Shown piece after piece: positions 16,256-25,887 of a DNA stretch of 29,128 bases. The notes beneath the pieces were generated by a model, which worked only from the letters and a program-made list of their open reading frames with translations, was not told the origin of the DNA and did no database searches. Location: positions 1-29,128 of the forward strand of contig JBIKWN010000032.1 in the NCBI GenBank assembly GCA_044356295.1, read 5' to 3'. Made by a program: the position numbers and the translations under genes. Each line of letters opens with the position of its first letter. Within the stretch, counting starts at the first letter, position 1. The stretch comes from Bdellovibrionota bacterium (GTDB lineage Bacteria > Bdellovibrionota_C > UBA2361 > JBIKWN01).

Positions 16256-17339
16256 CTCTCCCTCTTACGTTATCCTTCAACACATTTGATTCTAAAGTAG
16301 CTCCATTGTTCACAGTTGGAGGAAATCCGTTTAGTTGTCTCCATATTTCCCACCCAAGCGAAACTGTATCTAAAAGAATCCATCCATAGGTCCTCACCCC
16401 TTGTCGCAAATATGGGAAGGCCGGCCAATTTTCTTTATCTTCTGGAACGACAATTACTCGAAACGATCCTGAACCATCATCACTAGCATCAATAACTTTA
16501 ACATGCGCACCAAAAGTTCCTATAGCAACACTTGGCCAACCTGAAAACTGAACTGCAGGCCATCCTTCAAATTGAAGACGAACATGACGCCCTTCAGAAA
16601 CCAGAGGAAGATCGTTGCCACTTATCTTTAATTCGACTGCAAGTTCATCGGTTTGAGGCACTAATCGGGCAAGTGGATCACCTGCTTTGATATATGCTCC
16701 TTCACTTTGAGGGGAAATTATTCGCATAATAATCCCATTACGCGGCGCAACAATTGTTTGAGAAGATTGTCGGGATAACCGTCCTTCAATTCTTGTAAGT
16801 TCTGCTGTTGCAGACGATAACTCACTTAGTAGTTTTTGATATTCAATATCAGCAAGTTCGAGTGCACGTTGGGAACTGAGCCCTTTTTGTGCTAGGACTC
16901 GTTGACGCTCAACATTTTTTGCCGAAATATCACGAGCAGATTCTGCCGCTTTAACTTTAATCTGTGATGCTGTCTTCTCTTGTGTGAGACGCTCAATAAT
17001 ATGTGGATCCAGGTCAACTATATCAACAACCGGATCTCCTTTTTTAACTTGTGTGCCCTCATTGACGAACCACTTCTGTATTCTACCGTCAACAGGTGAT
17101 TCAATATTTTGCTGTCTATCATCTGCATAGAGACCAATTAATCTACCAGTACCGGTTACGGTTTGAACCCAGGGAATGAAAAAAAGCCCCAGAATAAATA
17201 AAACAAGGAAAGAAACAATAAGATAGGTAAAAAGCGAAAGCGCCCACCTGACTCGAACGAGGCGTGGAGTAACTAAAGCTGAATTCTCACTCAGCTCATC
17301 AATAGTAGAGTATCGGTGACGATCGTTAAAAAAGACCAT
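16242..17339 (-). CDS. HlyD-family membrane fusion / secretion adaptor protein
   Basis: N-terminal TM, IPWVQTV.G.G, lipoyl half-motifs (IESPVDGRI..W.VNEG..VKKGDP; IVAPRNG), VRLQFEGWPAVQFSGWP, LG.E+WRQLNGFPP. Confidence 0.92.
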   Translation of the reverse strand: MVFFNDRHRYSTIDELSENSALVTPRLVRVRWALSLFTYLIVSFLVLFILGLFFIPWVQTVTGTGRLIGLYADDRQQNIESPVDGRIQKWFVNEGTQVKKGDPVVDIVDLDPHIIERLTQEKTASQIKVKAAESARDISAKNVERQRVLAQKGLSSQRALELADIEYQKLLSELSSATAELTRIEGRLSRQSSQTIVAPRNGIIMRIISPQSEGAYIKAGDPLARLVPQTDELAVELKISGNDLPLVSEGRHVRLQFEGWPAVQFSGWPSVAIGTFGAHVKVIDASDDGSGSFRVIVVPEDKENWPAFPYLRQGVRTYGWILLDTVSLGWEIWRQLNGFPPTVNNGATLESNVLKDNVRGRDVVK

Positions 17340-17358
17340 AATATAAATCCACTAAAGG

Positions 17359-19032
17359 CTATTTTACTCTCACGAGTTTTTTATTTTTCAATTCGTAGAC
17401 TATGTTAAAAAACTGAATGGAATCCTGCTCACGACTTAATGCAATAAGTGTCGCTTGAGGATTCTTGGCGAAAATAGCTTTTATACTCTGCTCAAGCATT
17501 CCTTCATCGATAACATCTAGGGAAGAGTCAAAAACCATAAGCCTTGGATGCTGTAAAAGAGCACGAGCAATCATGAGGCGCTCTGCCTGTCCTAATGATA
17601 GTGGAGAATAATCGCCTTTCAAATATGTCCTCATTCCATCAGCGAGACTATCTATCTCTTTAGAAAGTCCTAGATCAGTGAGAATCTCTCTAATTTCTCG
17701 GGCACTAATAACATCTTTAGCGATACGCAAATTATCTTCAATTGTCCCATGGATAACTTCTATACCACGCACGAGGGCAACATTCGTTCTTAGTGCATTG
17801 CAATCAATATCATCAATAGAAGTTTCATCCATCAATATTTTACCACGATACGGCGCCTTATAGCCGACAAGTAAGTCAGCAAGTATGCTTTTCCCTGAGC
17901 CGTTACCTCCGATAATAAGGATCTTATCACCAGATTGAACATCAAGATTTATGTTATCGAGAAGCAACTCTCCGCTTGAAAGAATATGAGAAACATTCCT
18001 AAATGAAACAGTGCACCCTTTATCGGTAACTGGTAAACGCTCACCACTAAGCATCGTATCCCTTGGCAAAGATCCAAGAACATCAAGTTTTGTTATACCA
18101 GCGACTAAGTCATAGAAAGTTTCTAAGAATTTTGTAAGTTTATCTGTACTATTAAGAACCACTGCAAGAATTAACTCAGCAGCAACAAGCTGACCTAAAG
18201 AAAGTTGGTTTCTCATCACAAGAATACCACCAACTCCAAGTAATGTTGCGCTTCCAAAGATCTGTAACAACAAAACAAGAGTTTGTTGTGTAAATAATAT
18301 TTGAAAGTGATTTTGACGAGCCTCGATATAATTTCCAATCAATGAATCAGCACGATTAAGTGCTATTTTTTGACCACGTTCAGATTTGAATAAGGCAGGT
18401 GATGCAGCGATATCTTCAAGCCAAGCAAGAATATCATATTTACGATCGCTTTCTTCTACGCTGGTTGGGATTGCGTGTCTACCAAAAATAAGGACTGTAA
18501 AAAAGAGAATAAGAGCAACGATAATTGAGAAGGCGAGAAAGAAAGGATGGTAAAAACCTAGAAGAACTATTCCAAATACAAGTTGGAATAAAACTGCCGT
18601 TCCCTCAAGTAATAAAGATGTAGTCGCTTTCTGTACAGTAACTATTTCCAGAAATCGATTAATATACTCAGAACCAAAATTTCTTTTAAAAATATCGTAT
18701 TGAAGTGCTGGGATCGATTGAGAAAGATCTAATGCAACCCGAACCATTATACGCTGAGCTAATTTTTCAGCGATGAAGAACTGAATAAGTTTTAAAATTG
18801 AAGAGAGTAAAAGGAAAACTGCTACTGCTGCGGTTAATACAATGAGAGGCTGTAAGAGCGTTGCAAAAGCAATAGTATTAACAAGTGATTGAGCAGCAAG
18901 AGGAACGACAAGTGAGAATATTCCAACTGCAGTACCATAGATAAGGATAGAGAATATATCTTTCCAATCACCACGATAGAATTCAATCAGAGCGTTTAAA
19001 GACTCTTTATTTGTATACAATGATTGTTGCAT
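17359..19032 (-). CDS. ABC exporter, fused TMD + degenerate NBD (type I secretion-like)
   Basis: ABC membrane domain (LSLGQLVAAEL), Walker A GGNGSGKS, signature LSLGQ, Walker B MVFDSSLD. Confidence 0.9.
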   Translation of the reverse strand: MQQSLYTNKESLNALIEFYRGDWKDIFSILIYGTAVGIFSLVVPLAAQSLVNTIAFATLLQPLIVLTAAVAVFLLLSSILKLIQFFIAEKLAQRIMVRVALDLSQSIPALQYDIFKRNFGSEYINRFLEIVTVQKATTSLLLEGTAVLFQLVFGIVLLGFYHPFFLAFSIIVALILFFTVLIFGRHAIPTSVEESDRKYDILAWLEDIAASPALFKSERGQKIALNRADSLIGNYIEARQNHFQILFTQQTLVLLLQIFGSATLLGVGGILVMRNQLSLGQLVAAELILAVVLNSTDKLTKFLETFYDLVAGITKLDVLGSLPRDTMLSGERLPVTDKGCTVSFRNVSHILSSGELLLDNINLDVQSGDKILIIGGNGSGKSILADLLVGYKAPYRGKILMDETSIDDIDCNALRTNVALVRGIEVIHGTIEDNLRIAKDVISAREIREILTDLGLSKEIDSLADGMRTYLKGDYSPLSLGQAERLMIARALLQHPRLMVFDSSLDVIDEGMLEQSIKAIFAKNPQATLIALSREQDSIQFFNIVYELKNKKLVRVK

Positions 19033-19099
19033 TTCTCTTGGCTAATCCTACCTTTTTAAGAAAAAAAGCAAAACCCAGGGAAACTACCTAGCGTTACAA

Positions 19100-19807
19100 T
19101 TAAGATCTTTGAACAAGCTCTTTTATTCCTGTAAATCCAGGATTTGCAAGCTTAACACGAGCGGTACGACTTCCAACCTGTGCCAATGCATTAGCATCTG
19201 AGAAAGAGAAAATATTAAATTTAAGCTTTGGCCAATTCTTTTTGAAGTAATCAACTGACTCAAGATAGGCGACATCAAAGGAACGAAAGCCAAACTGCTC
19301 TACAAGAGTTGGTATTGCTTTCATTCGGTGCGGAGTCTTATCGATTCTGCTTGGGAAAACGGCTGCTTTTTCGTATTCAATATGAGTTAAGATCTTCTCA
19401 ATTGGAGTGTTGATTATATACTCCTTATTACCACTTGCTGATTCTGGAACACCAATCGAACGTAAAAAGTCTTCAACCTGAGCTGATGTATACGTTTCAT
19501 CGAAGAGCACCGTTAGAGTGACATCATCACAACCAGCAATATTACAACGAAGATCAACACCAGGAATTACAGTTACCTGAGAATTCTTTGCAGCAAGTGA
19601 AATTCTGTCGATATATGCTCCACTGTGATAATCGGTAAGAGCAATTACATCAAGCCCTTTTACCTTTGCCAAACGAACTAATGCTGGAGCAGTATCGAGC
19701 CCTTGGATACCTAAATACCCAAGCGATGCAGGTGAATGAATTCGTAAATCAAGTGTATATGATTTAGATTTTGTGAGAGACTTTTCGACTTTATTTATAA
19801 GAGCCAT
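19100..19807 (-). CDS. PHP-fold protein with degenerate metal-binding motifs
   Basis: DLRIHSPAS, GLDVIALTDYHS, IPGVDL and FSDANA correspond to the PHP motifs DLHxH, iAiTDH, PGvE and SDAH. Confidence 0.8.
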   Translation of the reverse strand: MALINKVEKSLTKSKSYTLDLRIHSPASLGYLGIQGLDTAPALVRLAKVKGLDVIALTDYHSGAYIDRISLAAKNSQVTVIPGVDLRCNIAGCDDVTLTVLFDETYTSAQVEDFLRSIGVPESASGNKEYIINTPIEKILTHIEYEKAAVFPSRIDKTPHRMKAIPTLVEQFGFRSFDVAYLESVDYFKKNWPKLKFNIFSFSDANALAQVGSRTARVKLANPGFTGIKELVQRS

Positions 19808-19830
19808 ACTATTTTTCTATTGATAAATTG

Positions 19831-20184
19831 TTATATTTTGGCGCCAGTTGCGTCGGTAACAGCATCTTTGATGGCTTGAACAGTTTCACGAAGTGAGGTT
19901 TTAACAGATCCGATTTGAACATCAATTCTTTCAAGATCTGCAGCTGTAGGCATAGAATTTAATGTTGTAAGAATTTTATCAAGCTTGACAGTTAATCCAG
20001 CTACCTTTGTTGAGATAAGATCAAGTTTGCTATCCATCAAACGAAGATCTGAGGTAGTAGCAAGCCCCATCATGCGTCCAACCGTTGCAGCACTTACCTC
20101 TGCTGTTTTTGGTGCATCAGTTTTCACAGCCTGTGTGGTCGTTGTAGCATCTGTCGAAGGCGATTCAGTTTGATTCTCATCCAT
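19831..20184 (-). CDS. Hypothetical small coiled-coil protein
   Basis: Thr/Ala-rich N-terminus followed by heptad-like LRLMDSKLDLISTKVAGLTVKLDKIL. ATG at 20184 is preferred; TTG at 20223 is an alternative. Co-oriented with the PHP gene, 23 nt away. Confidence 0.7.
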   Translation of the reverse strand: MDENQTESPSTDATTTTQAVKTDAPKTAEVSAATVGRMMGLATTSDLRLMDSKLDLISTKVAGLTVKLDKILTTLNSMPTAADLERIDVQIGSVKTSLRETVQAIKDAVTDATGAKI

Positions 20185-20419
20185 AGATCTATTTAGACTC
20201 GTTTTAAGAGGTTCCGGATTCAAAGAGTGAGAAAATATTCACTAGCAATATGGGGCACTTATGTCGATACTATATGCTGTAACTTTTTGTTAGCTTATTA
20301 AATGTAAATACCCCCGTTGACCAGGACCTTGAACCTAGGTGAAACAAAATTAATTGTTCACTTAAGGACAATGGCCGACAGTCACAGATTGATTAATAAA
20401 GCGATATTCGAGGAAAGAT

Positions 20420-22606
20420 ATGATTACTGAACCTACACGAGAAATTCTGTGGAATATTGCAAGCCCAATGCAATCAATCGTTATGTACGGGTCGATGTCC
20501 CTTGCAATACTTATTGCAGCAATCGGAACATTGTCTCGAATCGAATTATGGAGATCTGGAAAACAAGACCTTTCTATTTCTCCAACACTTGCAAATGTCA
20601 TTGCTGATCTCACTTCATGGGGAGCTCTGCAACGTGGCGTTGTAAAAAAGAAAGCTGCAGGAGTGATGCATACATTAATTTATTTCGGTTTCTTGGTCTT
20701 ATTATTTACGACAACAGTCGTAGCTATTCATCACGATCTTGGAATTAAAATTTATCAAGGGGATTTTTATTTATTCTTAACAGTAATGAGTGATGTCTTT
20801 GGGCTTGGACTCATCATTGGATGTATGCTTGCGTTCCAACGAAGATTCATAACCACAGAAACGTATCTTCATAACAGAACAGCTGATTGGTTTATTCTGG
20901 CTATGCTCGTTCTGCTTTGCTTACAAGGTTTCATCTTGGAAGGTGCTAGAATCGCTGTAACAAATGATCAGTGGGCATCGTATAGTCCAGTAGGATTTTT
21001 ATTCTCTAAACTTTTTTGGGGAATGTCCGAAGGCTCAGTACGTACAATTCATTGGCTTACATGGTGGTGGCACACATTTACTGTTTTCGGCTGTATTGCA
21101 CTAGCTCCCTACTCAAAATTTTTTCATATTATTTCAAGCCTTTCTAATATTGGATTTAGACGTTCCTCAAAACCTAAAGGGCAACTCCCCTTCCCAGGTA
21201 AGATTGAAGAGCTGATGGAAAGTGCTGGTGATGATTTTAATGTTGGTGTAAGAACGATTAAAGACTATAGCTGGAAACAACTTCTCGACTTAGATGCGTG
21301 TACCAGTTGTGGTCGTTGCCAAGAAGTCTGTCCAGCTTATTCGACTGGAAAACCCCTCTCTCCAAAATGGATAATTCTTGATACCCGAAATCATATGCTC
21401 GATCTTCACTCTCGTGGTGAACTTGTAACTCAATCTATCTTGCCAGAGGTTTCTGTAAACATAGACAGAACTCTTTTAAAAGATTTCTTTCTTCCAGCGA
21501 TTGGGTACAAATCTGCTGATAAAACTTGGAGGGCTCCCAATCAAGGGGTTCAACAAGCTGCACTTCCGACTCAAGGACTTTCAGTTGATACCCCAATTTC
21601 AGGAGGAGTAATCGATCCTCAAGCTTTTTGGTCATGCACCACATGCATGGCGTGCGTATCTGCATGTCCTGTTGCAATTAACCACGTCGATCAAATTATT
21701 GAAAACAGAAGAAACATGGTGCTGATGCAAGGTGAAATTCCGCATGAAGCGCAAGCAACACTTCGAGCACTTGAGAGTCGCAAAAATCCATTTGGCGATC
21801 CAAATCAAAGAAGTGATTGGACAAAAAATCTTGATGTGAAAATTCTGCAACCAGGAGACTCGGTTGATTATCTGTACTGGGTTGGATGTGTATCTGCATA
21901 CGATCCAAGAAAACAAAAAATCGCCAAGTCACTCGTTAAAATTATGAATGCAGCGGGATTATCATTTGGTGTCCTTGGTAATGCTGAAGGATGCTCTGGT
22001 GATCCAGCTCGAAGATTAGGAGAAGAAAATCTTTATCAAACATTAGCTTCTTCTAACATTGAGCTATTGAAAGCTATTCAATTCAAATCACTTGTTGCTA
22101 ACTGTCCACACTGTTTTAATACGATTAAAAATGAGTACCCTCAACTCGGCAATCTTGGTGAAGGTAAATCACCAGAAATAATACACCATTCTGTCTTATT
22201 AAGACGTCTGCTTGCTGAGGATAAACTTTCCCTTAAAGAAGAACATCAAAACTATACATTCCACGACCCATGTTATTTAGGTCGTTATAATGATGAATAT
22301 GAAGCCCCAAGAGAATCTTTAAAGAAAGTAAAGGGACTACAAATTTTAGAGATGGAAAAATCTAGAGAACAAGGAATGTGTTGTGGAGCAGGCGGAGGAC
22401 ATTTCTGGATGGATTTAAAAGTCGGAACTCGAGTCAATCAAGTACGAGTTGAACAGGCGGCGGCCACTGGAGCATCTAATATAGCAACAGCTTGCCCTTT
22501 CTGCCTTCAGATGATGGAGGATGGTGTCAAGCTCAACAACTTGGAAGAAAGTATGATAGTCAAAGATATTGCAGAGGTTATTGCAGAGAATCTAGAAACC
22601 AGATAG
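20420..22606 (+). CDS. Membrane-bound Fe-S oxidoreductase, FadF/HdrD/GlpC family (NarI-like TM + 2x[4Fe-4S] + 2 CCG domains)
   Basis: TM N-terminus with heme-b-type His residues (MHTLI, WWWH, KFFH). CTSCGRCQEVCP and CTTCMACVSACP ferredoxin motifs; WVGC/GCSG/CPHC and HDPCYLGR/MCCGAGGG/ACPFC CCG motifs. Confidence 0.93.
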   Translation: MITEPTREILWNIASPMQSIVMYGSMSLAILIAAIGTLSRIELWRSGKQDLSISPTLANVIADLTSWGALQRGVVKKKAAGVMHTLIYFGFLVLLFTTTVVAIHHDLGIKIYQGDFYLFLTVMSDVFGLGLIIGCMLAFQRRFITTETYLHNRTADWFILAMLVLLCLQGFILEGARIAVTNDQWASYSPVGFLFSKLFWGMSEGSVRTIHWLTWWWHTFTVFGCIALAPYSKFFHIISSLSNIGFRRSSKPKGQLPFPGKIEELMESAGDDFNVGVRTIKDYSWKQLLDLDACTSCGRCQEVCPAYSTGKPLSPKWIILDTRNHMLDLHSRGELVTQSILPEVSVNIDRTLLKDFFLPAIGYKSADKTWRAPNQGVQQAALPTQGLSVDTPISGGVIDPQAFWSCTTCMACVSACPVAINHVDQIIENRRNMVLMQGEIPHEAQATLRALESRKNPFGDPNQRSDWTKNLDVKILQPGDSVDYLYWVGCVSAYDPRKQKIAKSLVKIMNAAGLSFGVLGNAEGCSGDPARRLGEENLYQTLASSNIELLKAIQFKSLVANCPHCFNTIKNEYPQLGNLGEGKSPEIIHHSVLLRRLLAEDKLSLKEEHQNYTFHDPCYLGRYNDEYEAPRESLKKVKGLQILEMEKSREQGMCCGAGGGHFWMDLKVGTRVNQVRVEQAAATGASNIATACPFCLQMMEDGVKLNNLEESMIVKDIAEVIAENLETR

Positions 22607-22618
22607 CGCCAGGAAACA

Positions 22619-24106
22619 ATGAAGGATCAGATCAAACCAATGTATGGACAGGTTATGTATCTGTCTACTTCTTCACTTGAAACAAGATTTGGAATCTTTC
22701 GAGCTGATGTTTTTCAAGACCTTCATTCAAAAGAATACTGTATAGCTCTCAGTATCGGATCATTACAATCTGGCTCACCACTGCTTGCGCGAATACACAG
22801 CTCATGTTTAACCAGTGAAACATTACGAGGTCTCGATAGTGATGACATTCAGCAATTAGAGCTTGCACTAAAATTAATCGCGCAAAAAAAACGTGGAATA
22901 CTTTACTATCTCATACAAGAAGGACGAGGTATCGGGTTCACAGCAAAAGCTAGAGATCGAATGCTCGTGCAATTCTATAAAAACATGAGCTCGCATGACG
23001 CCTTTAAATTATGTGGCTTGAAAGATGACTATCGTTTGTATGATGTAGTGCATTCAATTAATACAATACTTGGCATTAATGCCCCGCTTACCCTTCTTAC
23101 AAACAGCCCTCATAAAATTGCGGCTATTTCAGGTGCCGGTATAAAAGTCCTTAATACTCAAAGTTTGGAAGTGCAAGCGTACCATCAGTCTGCCGGGTAT
23201 CTTAATTCGAAAAGAAAAAAAGGACACAAACTACAAATTGATAAGAAAGAATCTATTCGAAAAGAGCCCTACAAATACCTCTATCAGTTAACTACTCCTC
23301 ACCAACCCTTTTTGCCGTATCAAGTAGCAGGAGCTTCCCGCTTCATTCATACTGCTACTTATAATTTTCCAATCAAACCAGTTGGTGGTGAAATTATTAT
23401 TTCCAAATCAGTCCTTGAAAAACTCATTCAAGAACTTAAGAAAATCGATTCTCCACAACTCTATCTTTCAAATGTAAGCCCACTTTCCAATAATCGCTTT
23501 AAAGCTCATCTCGACCGCACAGCTGTAAAAACTAGGCTTCAAGAAAAAAATCCAGTGCTTGCAAAAGCTATGTTATCAATCCCCTATTGGTTTGTTCTGC
23601 ATGCTTATTATGATGTAGCTTCGGGTGAAGATTTTATCATATTGGAGTACGGTGATATCCATAAGCAAGGAACACCACTCGTAAGAATCCAGAGTGAATC
23701 TCTTTTTAATAGATTTCCTCTTGAAGACATGGGGAATAGAGACAAATTCAAAAAAAGTCTGTTAGAGATAGTCCAACATGGATCGGGAATTATCCTGCTT
23801 TTACAACATGATGGTCGTGGAGCAGGCTTTGGCATTCTTGCACTTGAAAAAATGATGGTAGAAAGTGGTGTAGCAAAAAATTCTAATGAAGCATATTCCA
23901 AACTTGGTCTATCGTATGATTCAAGAGATTATCACGGGGCGGCCTTACTCATTCGCCACAGACTTCTTCAAAAGAAACAAAAAAACTATTCCCCTTCTAT
24001 AAAACTTCTTGTTTCAAATGCTCAAAGTCTTTCTCGAAAGCCCGAAAGCCTGAAAGCCTTCGACGAGGTTGGGATAACAGTTGATAGAATTGAATTTCTT
24101 GAGTGA
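22619..24106 (+). CDS. Tandem GTP cyclohydrolase II (RibA)-like protein with degenerate Zn site
   Basis: Domain 1: LARIHSSCLTSE, QEGRGIG, LLTNSPHK, YLNSKRKKGH. Domain 2: PLVRIQSES, HDGRGAG, DSRDYHGAA, IKLLVSN. Confidence 0.85.
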   Translation: MKDQIKPMYGQVMYLSTSSLETRFGIFRADVFQDLHSKEYCIALSIGSLQSGSPLLARIHSSCLTSETLRGLDSDDIQQLELALKLIAQKKRGILYYLIQEGRGIGFTAKARDRMLVQFYKNMSSHDAFKLCGLKDDYRLYDVVHSINTILGINAPLTLLTNSPHKIAAISGAGIKVLNTQSLEVQAYHQSAGYLNSKRKKGHKLQIDKKESIRKEPYKYLYQLTTPHQPFLPYQVAGASRFIHTATYNFPIKPVGGEIIISKSVLEKLIQELKKIDSPQLYLSNVSPLSNNRFKAHLDRTAVKTRLQEKNPVLAKAMLSIPYWFVLHAYYDVASGEDFIILEYGDIHKQGTPLVRIQSESLFNRFPLEDMGNRDKFKKSLLEIVQHGSGIILLLQHDGRGAGFGILALEKMMVESGVAKNSNEAYSKLGLSYDSRDYHGAALLIRHRLLQKKQKNYSPSIKLLVSNAQSLSRKPESLKAFDEVGITVDRIEFLE

Positions 24107-24208
24107 CTTTTTTTAGAGCAACCAGAGATGAATTGGCTCACCTGTTTAACTAAATTATCATTTGGCACAGGTTTTTATAGGCTCTTTAATCATCGGGCAA
24201 ATTCTTTT

Positions 24209-25018
24209 TTACAAAAGATACGAATGAAAAACTTTTTCAACCCAAAGAATAACTCCATCGAATGGGCTGTATAAGGATTCATCGGATTTTTTAGCACGAA
24301 GTGCTGGGCAACCTAAACGAGCTGCTTTATCTGGCAAAGATATGGGTTCGATTGTATCAATCTTTTTTTCATGTACTAAAAGAAATGAATCTTCAACGAT
24401 TGCCTCCAGATCAACTGAGGCAGCAGAATCCCATAGATACTTATCAGTTCGATGTAACATAGACATTGAAAAACTTGCAAAAGTTTTCAATTCATCTTGA
24501 TACGTCTGTGTTGGCTCAATTCCTTGTTCGAGACATTTCTCTATGTAACTTCCGTACCATTTACACGCAACGCCAAGCGCTGTGTGATAACCAGCTTTCA
24601 AGTGATGAAGCGGTGTTTCTCGAAACCAGTACTGTCCACATTTTCGCAGAGCTTTATTATATTTTTTAGCTTCTACTGGATATTGGTTCAGCATTGAGGG
24701 AAGAGCTTCTGCTACAAGTGAAAGGAGTCGCTCATTCATTCGAGCTCTTAACCATCCCCAAGCAAATGCTGGATTTCTGGTTTTTAACTCCTTTAAATAA
24801 ATACGTAATTCTTCTGGCGATTGTTCAAAGGTGAGTCCAAAAGTTGGAGTCAACAGGTCTTTCTCAATAAGAAGCCAACTTTTTTCTATGAAAAAAATAG
24901 TAATTTTATAAAGCTCTTGCTTGTTTTTCTTTTCTGCCTCGAATTTTATTAATGAAAGCTCTTGTACCTGCTGTTGATGAAGAGCAGATAGAATTTCTGA
25001 GAGAGGCTTGTGGATCAT
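24209..25018 (-). CDS. Hypothetical protein
   Basis: 269-aa ORF filling the gap between the RibA-like and YceI genes; no recognisable family. Confidence 0.7.
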   Translation of the reverse strand: MIHKPLSEILSALHQQQVQELSLIKFEAEKKNKQELYKITIFFIEKSWLLIEKDLLTPTFGLTFEQSPEELRIYLKELKTRNPAFAWGWLRARMNERLLSLVAEALPSMLNQYPVEAKKYNKALRKCGQYWFRETPLHHLKAGYHTALGVACKWYGSYIEKCLEQGIEPTQTYQDELKTFASFSMSMLHRTDKYLWDSAASVDLEAIVEDSFLLVHEKKIDTIEPISLPDKAARLGCPALRAKKSDESLYSPFDGVILWVEKVFHSYLL

Positions 25019-25079
25019 ATAAGAAAAAAGTTATCGTTTTAGTGGCTTTTACAGAAATTCTATTCAATCGGAGAAAAAT

Positions 25080-25712
25080 ATGAAACGTTATTCCAAATTT
25101 AATCTATTAGCATCTGCTTTTCTTTTGTCGCTAACAACTCAATGTTTCTCTAGCCACTGCAATGCCGAAACAACCACGTACAAGCTTAATACAGATTCAA
25201 GCTTAGTACATTGGGTCGGTGAAAAAGTTACTGGATCTCATAAAGGTACTCTGTCAATTAAATCAGGCGATGTCCTTTTTGACAAAGATAAACTTGTAGG
25301 AGGAACATTTGAAATTGCAATGGGGACCATCAAAAATGTCGATATTGAAGATCCTAAATACAATAAAAAACTTATCGATCACTTAAATAGTGATGATTTT
25401 TTCAATACGAGTAATTTTCCAGTCGCTACTTTCAAAATCACGAATACTGAAAAATTAACATCAGATGATACATCAAAAAATAACTATACAATTTCGGGCG
25501 ACATGACTATTAAAGGACTGACCTTCCCTATTTCGTTTCCCGCCTCTGTTAATTTGAATGGCGATAAAGCTACCGCGAAAGCTTCTACAAAAGTTGATAG
25601 AACAAAATTCAATATCCGATATGGTTCAGGAAAGTTTTTTGACAACTTAGGCGATAAACTTATTTATGATGAGTTTACTGTAGAACTCGATCTTGAATCT
25701 CAGAAAGCATAA
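25080..25712 (+). CDS. YceI-family periplasmic lipid/polyisoprenoid-binding protein
   Basis: Signal peptide; S.V.W.G.KVTGSH.G, HLNSDDFFN...FP.ATF, GDMTIKG, VDRTKFNIRYGS. GGAG RBS. Confidence 0.93.
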   Translation: MKRYSKFNLLASAFLLSLTTQCFSSHCNAETTTYKLNTDSSLVHWVGEKVTGSHKGTLSIKSGDVLFDKDKLVGGTFEIAMGTIKNVDIEDPKYNKKLIDHLNSDDFFNTSNFPVATFKITNTEKLTSDDTSKNNYTISGDMTIKGLTFPISFPASVNLNGDKATAKASTKVDRTKFNIRYGSGKFFDNLGDKLIYDEFTVELDLESQKA

Positions 25713-25725
25713 ACAGACAAGAAAC

Positions 25726-25747
25726 TGGCACATGTAATAGTGTGCCA
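25726..25747. terminator. Short inverted repeat after yceI (possible terminator or operator)
   Basis: TGGCACA-N8-TGTGCCA, a perfect 7-bp inverted repeat 13 nt after the yceI stop, between convergent genes. No clear U-tract. Confidence 0.35.
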
Positions 25748-25887
25748 ATAGAAAAATTACCCAGAACCAGTTGTTTCTTTGAAGTAGATTCCATACGTCT
25801 TACCAAGTTTTTCAACTTCATTAAGAAAGCTCCATTCATTCCTAGTGAAAAATGAAATGGAAGCTTGGTTTTGGATTGATGAGTGTC

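Noticed and set aside
20226..20363. Imperfect inverted repeats (AGTGA-N8-TCACT; GTGAAACAA-N6-TTGTTCAC) upstream of the Fe-S oxidoreductase as CRP/FNR/Rex sites
   Set aside because: Spacing does not fit TGTGA-N6-TCACA or TTGAT-N4-ATCAA. Such short repeats are expected by chance in AT-rich DNA.
24163..24178. TGGCAC as a sigma-54 -24 box (also at 25726)
   Set aside because: No GC at the -12 position, and both sites lie between convergent genes.
25757..25880. Short minus-strand open frame (…ASISFFTRNEWSFLNEVEKLGKTYGIYF…) vaguely like a DEAD-box helicase C-terminal remnant
   Set aside because: About 45 codons with no start codon or RBS, and the similarity is too weak to support a pseudogene call.
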